A DNA stretch of 64,000 nt from positions 34,472,001-34,536,000 of the forward strand of contig NC_043015.1 of NCBI RefSeq assembly GCF_006345805.1. The letters are read 5' to 3'. Positions 1 through 12,027 of this stretch are shown piece after piece (position 1 is the stretch's first letter; every line of letters starts with the position of its first letter). The notes beneath the pieces are model-generated. The model searched no databases. It saw nothing but the letters and a program-made list of their open reading frames with translations, and was not told the origin of the DNA. The stretch is from Octopus sinensis. Its lineage: Eukaryota. The position numbers and the translations under genes are program-made.

Positions 1-173
1 TGTAGTAAGTAGCTTGCTTACCAATCACATGGTTCCGGGTTCATTCCCACTGCGTGGCATCTTGGGCAAGTGTCTTCAACTATAGCTTCAGGCCAACCAA
101 AGCCTTGTGAGTGGATTTGGTAGATGGAAACTGAAAGAAGCCCGTCGTATATGTGTGTGTGCGTGTGTGTGTG

Positions 174-204
<31 letters not shown>

Positions 205-410
205 CTGTGTTTGTCCCCCCCCAACATCGCTGACAACCGATGCTGGTGTGTTTACATCCCCTGTAACTTAATGATTCAGCAAAAGAGACCGATAGAATAA
301 GTACTAGGCTTACAAAGAATAAGTCCTGGGGTCGATTTGCTCGACTAAAGGCAGTGCTCCAGCATGGCCGCAGTCAAGATGACTGAAACAAGTAAAAGAG
401 TAAAGAGTAT
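1..410 (+). mobile_element. tRNA-derived SINE, family A (near full length, internal (GT)n)
   Basis: B-box-like GGTTCATTCC near the 5' end; body 'cttgggcaagtgtcttc...gccttgtgagtggatttggtag' and tail 'ccagcatggccgcagtc...gaaacaagtaaaaga' recur several times in the window. Confidence 0.8.
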
Positions 411-1000
411 AACCATAGCAACTGGTGGATTTTCCAATATTCTATGAGTTTTCTTATTTTCATTTTGAATCCTAAATTTACAGATCTATTTCATTACTTT
501 AAAGACTCTTATTTTTCTTTCATTTTATTCTATAGTGAAGTTTGTTTAATGCATAACACTTGTACACACAAACATCATTGCGAGCAGAATAAATATTAAA
601 GACTTTTTTTCTGCTCAATGTATTATTCTTTATAATGTTTCCCATTGTAAATAAAGATTGTTTGTAAAAGCTGTAAAGCTAGAACTTAGATGTGATATAT
701 TGTGAAATACTGCAATTTGTTCTAAAATGCAAATGAGAAAATGTAGAAACACTTTTCTGGAGAAATGGATATAAATTAATGAAATAAGATCGTAATAAAA
801 TATGTAAAAATCTTAATTTTACTGAACAACAATATTCACGAACAGAGTCAAGATAGTGATATCAATTTTTGTATGTTTTAAATATTATTCATAAGATAAA
901 TGTTAGTCAGAATTCTTTAAATTGACAACAATCTTTGTTACTTACATTTCTAGATAAATTTAACAGATAATTAAATTTGTTTTTCTTATTGTTATTTCAG

Positions 1001-1036
1001 GAAGTTAAGTTTGCATTAGAAGTTTATGCAAAGATA
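1001..1036 (+). CDS. Candidate small coding exon (EVKFALEVYAKI), host gene unknown
   Basis: Polypyrimidine acceptor ttttcttattgttatttcag|, 36-nt open frame, donor |gtatga; no homology recognised. Confidence 0.25.
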
Positions 1037-1213
1037 GTATGAAATCTATAAAGGTTCTAATAATTACTGTTAATTACTACTATTATTATTTCAACAATAT
1101 AAAGTACTAATGCTGGTTTAATTGAATAAGCAACCTCCTGCTACAGTTGCTGTCTGTGTGTCTAAGTTAGAAACAGTTATTAAAGAAATCTTCATCATCA
1201 TCATCATCATCAT

Positions 1214-1785
1214 TGCCACCTTCCTGTAGCAGAGAAGGAAGGCAGATCTTTCTCTCTGCTTTGTGGCTGTGGAAAAAGAGGCTGTGTGGTTTGAAAGGTT
1301 TGAAGACAGGCACTTTCTTATCTGGTCAAGCCCTCATCCATTTCTCCAAAGATCATTTGAAAAGGAAGGTGAGAGTAGGGCAGGAGCTTTTACTGCCCTT
1401 TTAGTGTGTTTATCAAAAGATGGCTGACAGTGGCAAGACTGGTGAGACGGAATGGATTGACTCTGAGTATGTTTTTCTAAGCAGGAGGAAAGAAACTGGA
1501 AGAGGGCACTTTCCTATGCCTTGGGGATCACAGCATAATCCAGGATTTTAGCATGGGGTTTACCCTAAGTGGGCTACCCTGCTAATGAGGATTCTTATTA
1601 TCTATTTATTATTTATTTCTCTAATTTCTATTATATATCCCCTGTTATATCCCTTAATATGGCAGTATCTCCCTTTGATCAATGTAAACCCCACCTGTTT
1701 TCTTTGTTGTGTTTTGTGTGCTGTAACTTGACCTTCCATATTATCCACCATGACTTGAGCCCTTGTAGCCAATAAAAGAAATCAT
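1214..1785 (+). mobile_element. 3' end of a Tx1/L1-like LINE (frameshifted ORF2 C-terminus + 3' UTR)
   Basis: Translation ...GLKT.TFLSGQALI..HLKRKVRV...IKRWLTVARLVRRNGLTLSMFF*, then AATAAA and an (ATT)n tail; family assigned from recalled similarity. Confidence 0.55.
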
Positions 1786-1812
1786 TATTATTATTATTAT
1801 TATTATTACTAT

Positions 1813-2013
1813 AAGGTGGCAAGCTGGCAGAATTGTTAGCATGCTGGGTAAAATGCTTAGTGGCATTTTTTCCTGTCTTTACATTCTGAGTTCAAATTCT
1901 GCTAAGGTTGAGTTTGCCTTTCATCCTTTCGGGGTTGATAAAATAAGTACATCAACTATTCCCCTTCCCCCAAATTTTGGGCCTTGTGCTTATATTAGAA
2001 AGGATTATTATTC

Positions 2014-2065
<52 letters not shown>

Positions 2066-2280
2066 GAAGGCAGTTGGGGGCTGGCAGAATCGTTAGCATG
2101 CCAGGCAAAATGCTTGGCAGCATTTCATCTCTCTTTATGTTCTGCCAATGTCAACTTCACCTTTCATCCTTTTGGGGTTGATGAAATAAGTACTAGTCAA
2201 GTGCTGTAGTCAATGTAATCAAACCAACTTCCCCCTCCTCTGAAATTGCTGGCCATGTGCCAAAATTGGAAACCGTCATT
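1813..2280 (+). mobile_element. Two head-to-tail SINE family B copies separated by (ATT)n
   Basis: Shared 'ggcaagctggcagaattgttagc...gagttcaaattc...gcctttcatcctttcggggttgataaaataagtac' at 1813-2010 and 2066-2280. Confidence 0.8.
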
Positions 2281-2334
2281 ATTATTATTATCAATAAACT
2301 GGTGAGCTAGTGTTAGCATTTCTGTTGTCACTGA

Positions 2335-2725
2335 AACCGAGTTCATTGCCTGAGCAATGAATAGTCTTGAGAGTCTGACTGTCTCCAGTTGTAGTGTCCC
2401 TCTCTGACTGACTTGAAGCTGCTGCTTAGGACTTGCTTGAAGGTCACTGTCTTAGGACACTGGGGGTGTAGGGTAGCTAAATCCCATGTAAACAGGTTGG
2501 ATTGGTTTAGGGGACATCGTAGACCCTCTGGATCATGAACTCGATCCTGTACAGGTTCCTTTTTCAGATGTTGTGCCAGGTGACATTCCACTCCCTTGCC
2601 TGTTCCCACTTCATCTGGGTACCCTCCTCATCCCCACCATTCTGCCTGCTGCTCTTTCTCTACTGATACTTGACTGTCCACTTCCACTGTGGAGAGTGGT
2701 AGTTGAGGGTTTGCCTCTTGTACCT
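2335..2725 (-). mobile_element. Fragment of an R2/Hero-like (RLE-type) non-LTR retrotransposon
   Basis: Frameshifted minus-strand translation MKWEQAREWNVTWHNI..EP.YRIEFMIQRVYDV..NQSNLFTWDL..HPQCPKTVTFKQVLSSSFKSVREGHYNWR resembles the post-RT/CCHC region (PYRIKFLIQAVYDVLPSPSNL..W...HILS.C....GRY.WRH) of Hero-type elements. Confidence 0.7.
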
Positions 2726-2793
2726 TGAGTAGAACCTACGGAACCCTGGGCATTACAGAAATAAACAGAAGAAAAGCCAACAAGAACAACATA

Positions 2794-3425
2794 CGAAGTG
2801 GTATCAAAAAGTTCCTGGATGAGTTAGGTTTAATAAAAAATAACTTATTTACCTACACTTTAATATCATCTCCTTCACAGTAATACACTGGTTCCAATGT
2901 TCTTGCAAGTTTGGGAATCTGGCCTGGAAGTCAGTTTCCTTCTGCAATTTGCCCTTGATCTTGAGCTGCATTTTCTTCTTGGAGAAGAGATGGAAGCCTG
3001 CAGGTGCTAAATCTGATGAATAAGGTAGATGTGGAAGGGATACCATGTTGTTTTTGATGAGAAACTCATAAGTGAGGAGAGCTCAGTGAAAGGGTGCATT
3101 GTAGTCATGAAGATGCCAATTCTTCAGGCTCCGCAGATCCAATTGCTTCCACCAAATGTCCTCCCTCAAACACTTCAAAACGTTGTTGATTGTCCTCCAA
3201 TGATCCTCATGCTAATGAATTTTTTCCAAATTTCTGGGGGTAACATTTATGGCAGTTCTCCAGGCTGCTCATCATCTTTCAGGAATGTTCTTCTACTTTT
3301 GAAGTGCCTCATGCCACTCATATGACACACTGCCTTGCCACCGTAAGTTTGCTGAAGCATGTTCAATGTCTCTGTGTCAGACTTATAACATCTAGTGTAA
3401 GGCATTGTCTTTTCTATGTCATAAA
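2794..3425 (-). mobile_element. Internally deleted mariner transposon
   Basis: Minus-strand PHLPYSSDLAPAGFHLF (YSPDL motif) and N-terminal KSDTETLNMLQQTYG...FKSRRTFLKDDEQPG; TA + TIR-like 'cgaagtggtatcaaaaagttcc' at the left end. Confidence 0.8.
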
Positions 3426-4039
3426 TTCTGATGCCTATAGTGCTTAAATTTTCTATTAGTCTGAATGCCAAGACCCCACAAGCTTTTTAGTTTACCATAT
3501 TCATTTGAAGCCTTTTCTGGTACATGATTGTACCATTTGTCTAAAAAGTATCTGCCCATACTTTTTATGTGATCCATTATAAAGTAAGGTATAAACCTTG
3601 GCATTTCTTGTATTCTTTCTAAGCTAGCATTTTGCAGCTTGGTCAATGTTTTCCACTGGCTGATTACATAAGTGACACTTCTTTGTTGTAACAACAAAAT
3701 AATTAGTGCTTAGAACTTGACCTTGAACAATCCCAAACAAACTGTTAGCTTCTCTCTTTAAATCTCCTTTTCAGAGCCACTCATCTGATGTCATGATTTT
3801 CCACATACTTGGTATCTTTATAGAACAATCCATGGAACTGTATTTCTTCTGGCATTTTTATTGCTATTCATAATACAGCATTCGATTGGCTGAATCACTA
3901 CACAAAACACTCATTCTGGCTCATTCTGTTCAAATTACTCACCTTATGCATAAATTGGAATTATTATTGTTAATAATAATTTGAGTTTTTATAAGTAGCT
4001 GTTGTTGCTTTTAACATTGACATGCAAATTCCTTTCTCT

Positions 4040-4620
4040 CTCATCTAATGTTTCTCCCTGTTTCTGGGGGTTTACAGGGGAAATAGAATTTGCTCTCTGT
4101 TGAGCTTTGTTTGGTCAGTAGTATGAGCAGTTTAACCCTCTCATGACAAGTATAACCAGCTATCATTACTCTGGTTATCCCCAGTCTAATCCCTATTCTC
4201 CTTCTTAGAATTTTTGCACCCTCTAAACAAATATTAGCAATCCACTGTGAGCTACCCCCCTCTCCAATCATGGCAAACCCCACACACCTAATGAATCTAC
4301 TAGTCTACAGTAGTTCATTATATAAAACATTTAGGGTACAGGCAACTGGAATAACAGGGTGAAAATAGTGGGGTTTATAGGAGGGGGAACTGGAGAAAGT
4401 TTCTACCACTCCATTGAGACTTCATTAGAAAATTTTAACAGATTAGAGAGAAAGATGAGAACTAGATAAAATAGTCCTTTTATAATTCCTCAATCAATTA
4501 TAAAAGACATAGATTGAATTTATTGGAATTGACCTAAACCAATTAGGATTATTAAATGACATAATCCAGACTGTTAGCTGAACAAATACATTTTTATAGA
4601 CTTTATCAATGTTGAACAGC
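4040..4620 (-). pseudogene. Highly decayed RT-like (possibly Penelope) fragment
   Basis: GFAM...GSSQWIANICLE loosely resembles the PLE RT motif GxAMGSPxSxxIANIYME; many stops. Confidence 0.3.
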
Positions 4621-5127
4621 AGTCATTAGCACATCATTATCACTATCACCATGACAACGATAATTATAGTGATGATTTGAAATGTAATGGTGGCTAAAAG
4701 CAAATAGTCATCATCGTCATCGTCTTTTCATTTCTTTTAACAATTTAGTCCAGCTGCATTGTCTACTAGTGTAATCAATATGACTGTTGTGGAGACTGTT
4801 CAGGGGGTCTAATTAAGAATCGAGTTGAAACGCTTGCAACAGAGTGAACTTCCCTAAAGACATCGAAGGACTAGGGTGGGATGTTAAACTGGGTGGCATC
4901 CAGCCATTAAACAGAACTAGTGTCCAGAATATTCTTTCTCAGCTACCGTGATTGCTCATGTGCAACTTTCTATCCTTTTAAAACGTGCTCTATCAAACAG
5001 ACACAAGGCATGCATCATTGTTAAAACATGTTCAAGTCCATCTTAAGGCTACAGACTCATTAAGCAGGAGCTCTTCCTAATTTCCATTACTTGCTCCCGA
5101 AGAAAAAAAAACTAAAAGAGAAGATGA

Positions 5128-5460
5128 TGTAGTGAAAATGGTACACTCCTTCCTACATAACAAAGTGGAAGGATACAGCCACTATGAAGTCAGACAGTCA
5201 GTTGTTGTAGGGGGTCAGTAGTAGTAGAGTCATTGTACGAGTTCCCAGTTAGAGTCGGTGTCAGTTGCGTGATATATATGAGTTTGAGTTACCGTCAAGG
5301 TAGACATTATAGGTCATTGTCTTGGGGAGCTATGAGCGATAGTACGATAGACGAGTCAAAGATAATAAGATGCGAAATACCACCACAACATAATAGTGGT
5401 GACAAGAATATTACAGTGCTGACAACAACAGACAAGTGGACGAGGATCCACATTATAACA
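5128..5460 (+). mobile_element. Orphan LTR of the Ty3/gypsy family found at 56.1 kb
   Basis: Starts TGTAGTG, ends ATAACA (TG...CA), 333 bp, colinear with 56131-56459; purine tract aaaagagaagatga immediately upstream; no TSD. Confidence 0.8.
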
Positions 5461-5844
5461 ACTTCATATGATATCCTGATATGCCAAAGTTTCATGTATT
5501 TCAGATAGAATTATTTAGATAAAGACAAGCTTCTATTTCTTCCACTTTTTTATATTTTTCAAAAGACAAAATGGAGTAAAACATATCAAATATAAATAAA
5601 TTCTGTCTATTTTCCAAGAGACAGCTGCAAATTGGTCAAATCTTTTGAGAATCCACCAGTCAATTAACATTCATTAAACATTTCTGAAACAAGATGAAGG
5701 AATTTCACTGACAAATTCCAGAATAACTTGTTAATAGTTCTTTGAATCTAAGAATATGATTCCATAGTATAATTCTTGACTTGTCACACACACATGTCTG
5801 AGAATGCGGTTAAGATTCAGGCTAAAAATAGTCTACTTGGAGGG

Positions 5845-6050
5845 AGATAGCTTCCTTGGTAACCATGTACTTTAATATATTCAAGACATGCTGATTCTTG
5901 TGGGAATTGCATATTTCTATACTCTTGTAGTTAACATTCAAAGTTGAAGCACTCTATTTAACATACTGGAAATAGCAGCTAAGATTCCTGTCTTGGAAAG
6001 ATGTTAGTTATTGTAGTCCTTGATACACAGTTCCCTCAAGAAAAACAAGA
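5845..6050 (+). repeat. Dispersed repeat family E ('actagaaatagcagctaaat...gtagtcc')
   Basis: Similar copies near 10650-10830, 33530-33870 and, inverted, 54230-54400. Confidence 0.5.
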
Positions 6051-6239
6051 TGATTATGATTGAAATATTATTGAACAAAAATGAATTCAGTTAAGCAATA
6101 ATAGCAACCAATGGTTCAACTTCTATGCTGGAGTGAACACAACATGTTTTTTTGTCTATCTCCTTAACTTCTTGGAGATTTTAGGTATAATTATACTAAT
6201 GTGTCCATCTGTTCTAATTTAATTAAATTCTATATCTTT

Positions 6240-6328
6240 GTGCAGCTGAGGATTGCTCTGCATTTTAACTTGATGTAATGATTGCATTGTTCAATTAGAT
6301 GGAGTTGCATGAAACGATCATACTGCAT
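6240..6328 (+). ncRNA. Degenerate type I hammerhead ribozyme motif
   Basis: Stem I gtgcag/ctgcat, core CTGAGGA (6246-6252), GAAAC (6311-6315), near-palindromic stem III ACGATCAT, cleavage triplet ATA (GTA if one CpG change is reversed); stem II long and imperfect. Confidence 0.55.
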
Positions 6329-6437
6329 TACCTCTGGATATCCTTGTTGTTTATTTTGATTTTAATCACTCCATTTTGAATTATATGGATACTACCGTAC
6401 GAAATTCTGGTACCTCAACTTAAGTACCATATTCATC

Positions 6438-6468
<31 letters not shown>

Positions 6469-9400
6469 TTCAGTTTCCTTCCACCATAGACAAGATGTCT
6501 ACCACTCACAAGACTTTGGTTGGTCTGGGGCTACAGCAGAATACACTTTCTCTAGGTGCTGGGCAGAGGAATAGGAATTTAGATAAGGTTCAGACAACTG
6601 AAGACTTACAGTTTTGACCTAGTAAGGCCTTATTTAATATGGATAGAACTGGAAATTTTCTGTTGTTTAAGCCACATGTTAGGATTTCCTCGATTGTTTT
6701 ATCCACATGGTCTGTCTAAGGGCTCCATAGTGAGGGAAACAATATCATAAAAACTATACTTTAATGAGGTGGTCTAAGTCTGGCATGTACAGAATTGACA
6801 GTTTTTACCAAAGATTAAAACTTCCCCTGCCATTAACCCACAATGTCACAAAACTTCCTAAAGATTGGACCCTTTCCCTCCATTCCTTGCCCTTGTTGTC
6901 ACAATACTCACTAAAGATCCATCACTACATAGCCTCCCTATTTAATTTTTAATCAAAGGCTCTGCCTTTCTTGACCAAAATTAATCATTATGCTAATGAT
7001 TTATCTCCTCATTAGCATGTAATTTTAATTAAACTTCTTTGACTATCTTAAGCTTCTGTCCATTTACATCAGATCTCTGTGTTTCTTCCTGCTTATTACT
7101 GCTAGTAAATTATCTCTATCTGTTCTATCAATGAAACTAAATGGAACCCTTCATTAATCTCTCTTTATCTACAATCACATCTACTGCTATTACCATAAAT
7201 CTTCTTCCTCTTAGTGCTTCTTTCTCACCAATTACTATCGGGATACTTAACTACAGAACATCACTCAGCTGAGACAAAGGCTTTTAAAACAATTTGTATT
7301 ACATTTCACTGTAACATTTCTATATTATTATTATTGGGTTTTCGTTTTTTATTGAACAAACAGATACTTTTTGTTTTACCATCATAGTGAGTTGTGCTGC
7401 TCTGGGTCTGATGTAGCCTGCTAGAGTTATGCAACATGGCTGGCATTGCTTATGGCTTGAGTGGGTTGTTAATTAATTGATGTGGTACATCATGTGTAGC
7501 CTGACAAACACTGATATATCATTCACAATGTTAAAAAACCGACTTATGTATGGAGATGGGATGTTCTTGTATGTGTGGAGGGATGCTTAGTAGATACTTA
7601 AACAAAAGACTGGGAATTATTTAGTTTTAGTGATTCTTATAGGAACATTGGTTTTATAAAGAAAAAAATTTCAAACAAAATACTTCTTTCCTTGCTATTG
7701 TTGATATCTTCAAACTGGTTTGCATTATAAGAAAGTGGATGTAAATTTGACTTAATGGTGTGAAATTTTGTTTCTTAGTTTTAGACTAAATTTCAACCAA
7801 CAATTTATAGTATATCAAGACAACAGGATAATGCCATTAGTAGGAGAGGTTAAGAAGGTAAAGGAGAAGGATGAAATACTGTAACTGAATGAATTAAGAG
7901 AAATTAAGTTAAAAGAAGTTAAAAGCAATGAAAACAAGACAAGAAAAGGTGACAAATTTTTTAGAAAATTCTTTCTTTAAAATCTCAAAAGTTGCTTAAA
8001 GGAAAAATTGCTTCCCTTAATTGATGCAGTTAGTATTTCATGATCCTCTTCTATCTTCCTAACCTATCCTACTAAGGGTGTTGCACTGTTGTCTTACTAT
8101 ACCCTAACCCTGTCGTCTGAGATATATCAGCGCATTATCCTACAAATTATAATTTGACATTTGTAGCCTTGGGCAGAAATTCCATCATGTCTATGAAGCT
8201 ACACAAAACTCTTTTTTAATTAAACAGTCAGATTCTTGTGATCTGTACAGATTCAGAGTCAATCCACTTCTCTACTCTTCTACAAATGCAATGCTAATAG
8301 TAACTGCTGACCACCAAAGATAAGACCTAAAGCTGTTCCTTTGATAATCAACAACTACAATCTTGAAGGAGAGAATCATATTCTTAATTTTTAAATGTAA
8401 CTGATCATATGATACAGCTAACGATCAAGGAGTGGTTTGTTGAGTAGATAACCAAGCTTTGGTAAAGTTTGTTTTTCCTCACAACCAAATCAGATTAGTC
8501 AAACCTGACTGGAAATGATCAACAATTAAATTTCTATAATTTTCATCAAAATGTATGATTCTGTAAACCCATTCTGGGCCGTCTTATATTCAAGTCATTT
8601 GACTGCAGGCCACAGATGGACTCTATCTTTTTACACTACTTGATGAAAGATAACACTCAAAAGTTCTATTAACAATATATAACAGAAACATACTAAGGTA
8701 AGACTGTACATATTATGCATCAGATGCTTGCTCTATCCAGCCATCCGTTCACTCTGTAGACTTGTATCACAGTCCTAATCTTATATCATAAAAGTCAGGC
8801 TGATCTCTGCCTGTCTGTCCATCACAACATAGATGTAGAAAGGCAGGGGGGGGCAAGAACTGAAGTCATGTTTCAGCTTTATTAGACCACATCAGTGAAG
8901 CATCAAAGGTGAAAGATACAATTCAATATTTCAATTGTCAAAACTGCAGCTGTATATCATGTTGTATGCTACATCTATGTGTTAACTCACTTAGCTTAGT
9001 CACAGGGTTTTGTGAGTCCCTAATTTGTCAAATCTATCAAAAACTGAGACTTGCTTTCTGCTGTTGTTAGAAAAGCTCAATTACTGCCAAGTAAATTCTG
9101 CTTTATTTTGAAATATTTGCAAATATCCTCCCAAACACAAATACTAATGAAGTAAAAAGAAAATGTATTCTAAGATTGCTACCATATTTGGAAAGATTCC
9201 AGCTGAATTTTCTGTGTTTTTTTACTCTGTAAGAAGTTGTATGTTAACATGTAAGGTCCTTGTATCATTTAGTCAATCTGTTTATCTGACTGGCAATTGT
9301 TCATGTTTACATTCTTTACAACTGATTTTTAAAACAAGAAACAGTTAACAATAAATTTTATAAAATCTGTTTAAATGTGTTCTGTGTTTCAAACGACAGA

Positions 9401-9516
9401 AGAACTGCTTCTTAATAAAATTACTGGGTTTCAAACAACACAACACTTTATATCATTGCTGTGTTGCAAACTCCCCAATATTTTATGAGAAATTTTTGTG
9501 TTGTAAATTATTCAAG

Positions 9517-9815
9517 AGGCACAGGAGTGGCTGTGTGGTAAAGTAGCTTGCTTACCAACCTCATGGTTCCGGATTAGTCTCACTGCGTGGCACCTTGGCC
9601 AAGTGTCTTCTACTATAGCCACAGGCCGACCAAAGCCTTGTGAGTGGATTTGGTAATATGCTTCTTGTTCTGACTTCAAATTCGGCTGAGGTCAGCTTTG
9701 TCTTTTATCCTTTTAGGGTCAATAAAATAAGTTCCAGTTGAGTACTGGGGGTCGATGTAATCGACTCACTCCTTCTCCCCAAACTGCTGGCCTTGTGCCA
9801 GAATTTGAAACCAAT
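9517..9815 (+). mobile_element. Chimeric SINE: family A 5' part joined to family B 3' part
   Basis: 9517-9655 matches the family A head; 9665-9815 matches the family B body and tail. Confidence 0.7.
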
Positions 9816-9899
9816 ATATGTCAAATGTATGTATAATCATGTCTTACATGTCATATGTTATTATATATGTCAAAATTTCATATATATATATATATATAA

Positions 9900-10560
9900 A
9901 ATAAGATTCAGATGAATAAGGTACTTAAAGGTAAGGCATCAGGTTAGGTCAGAATTAAAATGCATACACAGGAATTATAGATGAATACCAGCCTTGGTAC
10001 AGAATTACTGGCAGAACAATATTCAGGTTATGTAAACAATTACTTGAACTTAACAGAGTATATCATCAACCCTTGGGCTAATTCAGAAATGCACATTTTA
10101 TTAAATATACATGCCAAGTATACTTCAGAACATGTGAGAGGCAGGTTCTGAGAGTGGTGAATTATAAATAACAAATGATGGATAGATGTCAACTCATTGC
10201 CGCCGTTTCTATCAAACTTTTTAATTGATTAATGAATACATTATATCGTTATAAAAAAAGTTCTCTTGAAATGAATACACAGATCTTGCAATTAAGATCA
10301 TTAAAAAGATTTTTGATCCATGGCACATACATATATAGTGATTTCATTATCAATGCTTGTAAAATCTTTCCAACCTGTCTGAGATCACAGCTGTTTCTAT
10401 GATACAAACTTTCTATTATAAAGTCATCTAAATTAAAATCTTCCAACAAAATTTCAAGTTAATCTATGTTCCCAAACACCAACTTAATAACGACCATGTA
10501 ATTTTATTAAATCCTTCATTATTTTCAAAATTAATTGGAATAAAGACTGTACTTCCACAA
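9900..10560 (-). mobile_element. Decayed 3' part of a Penelope-like element (GIY-YIG remnant + terminal repeat)
   Basis: Minus-strand T(R)SLLS(R)-VWEHR and KSLY...DLN resemble the GIY-YIG C-terminus; terminal 22-mer matches 6420-6441 at 21/22 and both abut (TA)n. Confidence 0.4.
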
Positions 10561-11214
10561 AAAAAACCTCTGACAATGTTGTCAATATGATTGTAGTAGA
10601 AATAGTTCTTTGACCAATAGTTTAACCTGGGGCTAAACAATAACAACAAAAAAAAAACAATGGAAGCTTCACACTGTTACTCAAGCTGCAAGAAATAGCA
10701 GTGAAATTTCTCTCAAATTACATCTTGTCATCTTGTAAGAAAAGACATGCTAGATACCGTGGTCTTTGTTGAGAAGCATGCTGGGATATTTGTAGTCATA
10801 AGTCAACTTGATTGGAGAGGATATGGAGCTAAATGACAATGGTAACAATAAAAGACAGCGAAATTGAGCAATAAAATAGTTCTTGTTGCTGGAAACATCC
10901 TTGAAAACATTTGTAATTGTAGATTCTGTAATGTTCCGTTAGACATTATCGGTCAAATTGATTCTTAGATTTCAAATATAAAATACGGAAATAACATGGT
11001 AGCCATTTTGAGGAAGTTTGTCTGACATAAATGGTGTTATAAAGGAGGGTTCTTTTCAGTTCTGAAATTACTCATAGCAATAATTATTTTCTGCAAAGAA
11101 TTCTTCATGATGTATACTTACATCGTCTAGCTAAATGGATGTTTCTAGAAAATGTCCATTCTTTTTCTTTTTGTGATCAAGTCCTGTGTCTCCTTAAATA
11201 ATAATGAGCACAAA

Positions 11215-11252
<38 letters not shown>

Positions 11253-11362
11253 ACACACACACACACACATACATACCCAAGGTGTTTCTTTTGTTTTTCT
11301 TCTATAAAGTTTATAATGACAATATTTTGACCCTGTTTTATATGACCACTGTAACCATAAAG

Positions 11363-11700
11363 GCACATGGCTCAATGGTTAGAGCATCAGGTTTACAATC
11401 ATGAGGTAGTGAATTCAATTCCCGGGCTGGGCTATCTGTTGTGTTCTTGAGCAATGTACTTTATTTCACGTTGCTCCAATTCACTCAGCTGTAGAAATGA
11501 GTTGTGATGTCACAGGTGCCAAGCTGTATCAGCCCCTTTTGACTTTCCCTTAGATAATATCAATGGTGTGGAGAGGCGAGGCTGGTATGAGTCGGTGACT
11601 GCTGGTCTTCCATAAACAATCTTACCTGGACTTGTGCTTCAGAGGGTAAGTTTCTAGGTGCAATCCCTTGGTCATTCATGACCGAAGGGTGTCTTTACTC
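11363..11700 (+). mobile_element. tRNA-derived SINE, family D
   Basis: A box TGGCTCAATGG and B-box-like GAATTCAATTCC at tRNA-like spacing. Confidence 0.65.
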
Positions 11701-11743
11701 TCTTTTTTTACTGTGACCATACATTCATAGAGTGCCTGCTTAC

Positions 11744-11812
11744 CTGGTATATATCAAGCTTTCTTCTATACTTTACAATATATTCTTGACAATCAGAAAT
11801 ATCCACGAATAT
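11744..11812 (-). CDS. Candidate coding exon (IFVDISDCQEYIVKYRRKLDIYQ)
   Basis: 69 nt, phase 0-0, open frame, strong donor CAG|GTAAGC but weak acceptor. Confidence 0.2.
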
Positions 11813-11999
11813 CTATCTATTTACTGTTACATATGAATGTGTGTGTGTTAGAATACTGCTGTAAAATGTGTGTGTGCACTAGAAATCGGTGTTTGGGAGA
11901 CTGTGAAACAAACAGAAGTGATGAAAAAAGATGAAAAAACATAAGTAAATAAATAAATACATCATCTAATTATGTATCTTTTTTTTAATTTTATTCCAG

Positions 12000-12027
12000 A
12001 GGAGACAAGTGAATCCACATGAATGAA
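12000..12027 (+). other. Candidate 28-nt exon (RRQVNPHE* if phase 0)
   Basis: Strong acceptor tttttttaattttattccag| and donor |gtaagt; all three frames contain a stop. Confidence 0.3.

Noticed and set aside
8200-8700. Possible L1/Tx1 C-terminal zinc-knuckle remnant
   Set aside because: Only a loose C..(C)...H pattern with many stops; cannot be supported by eye
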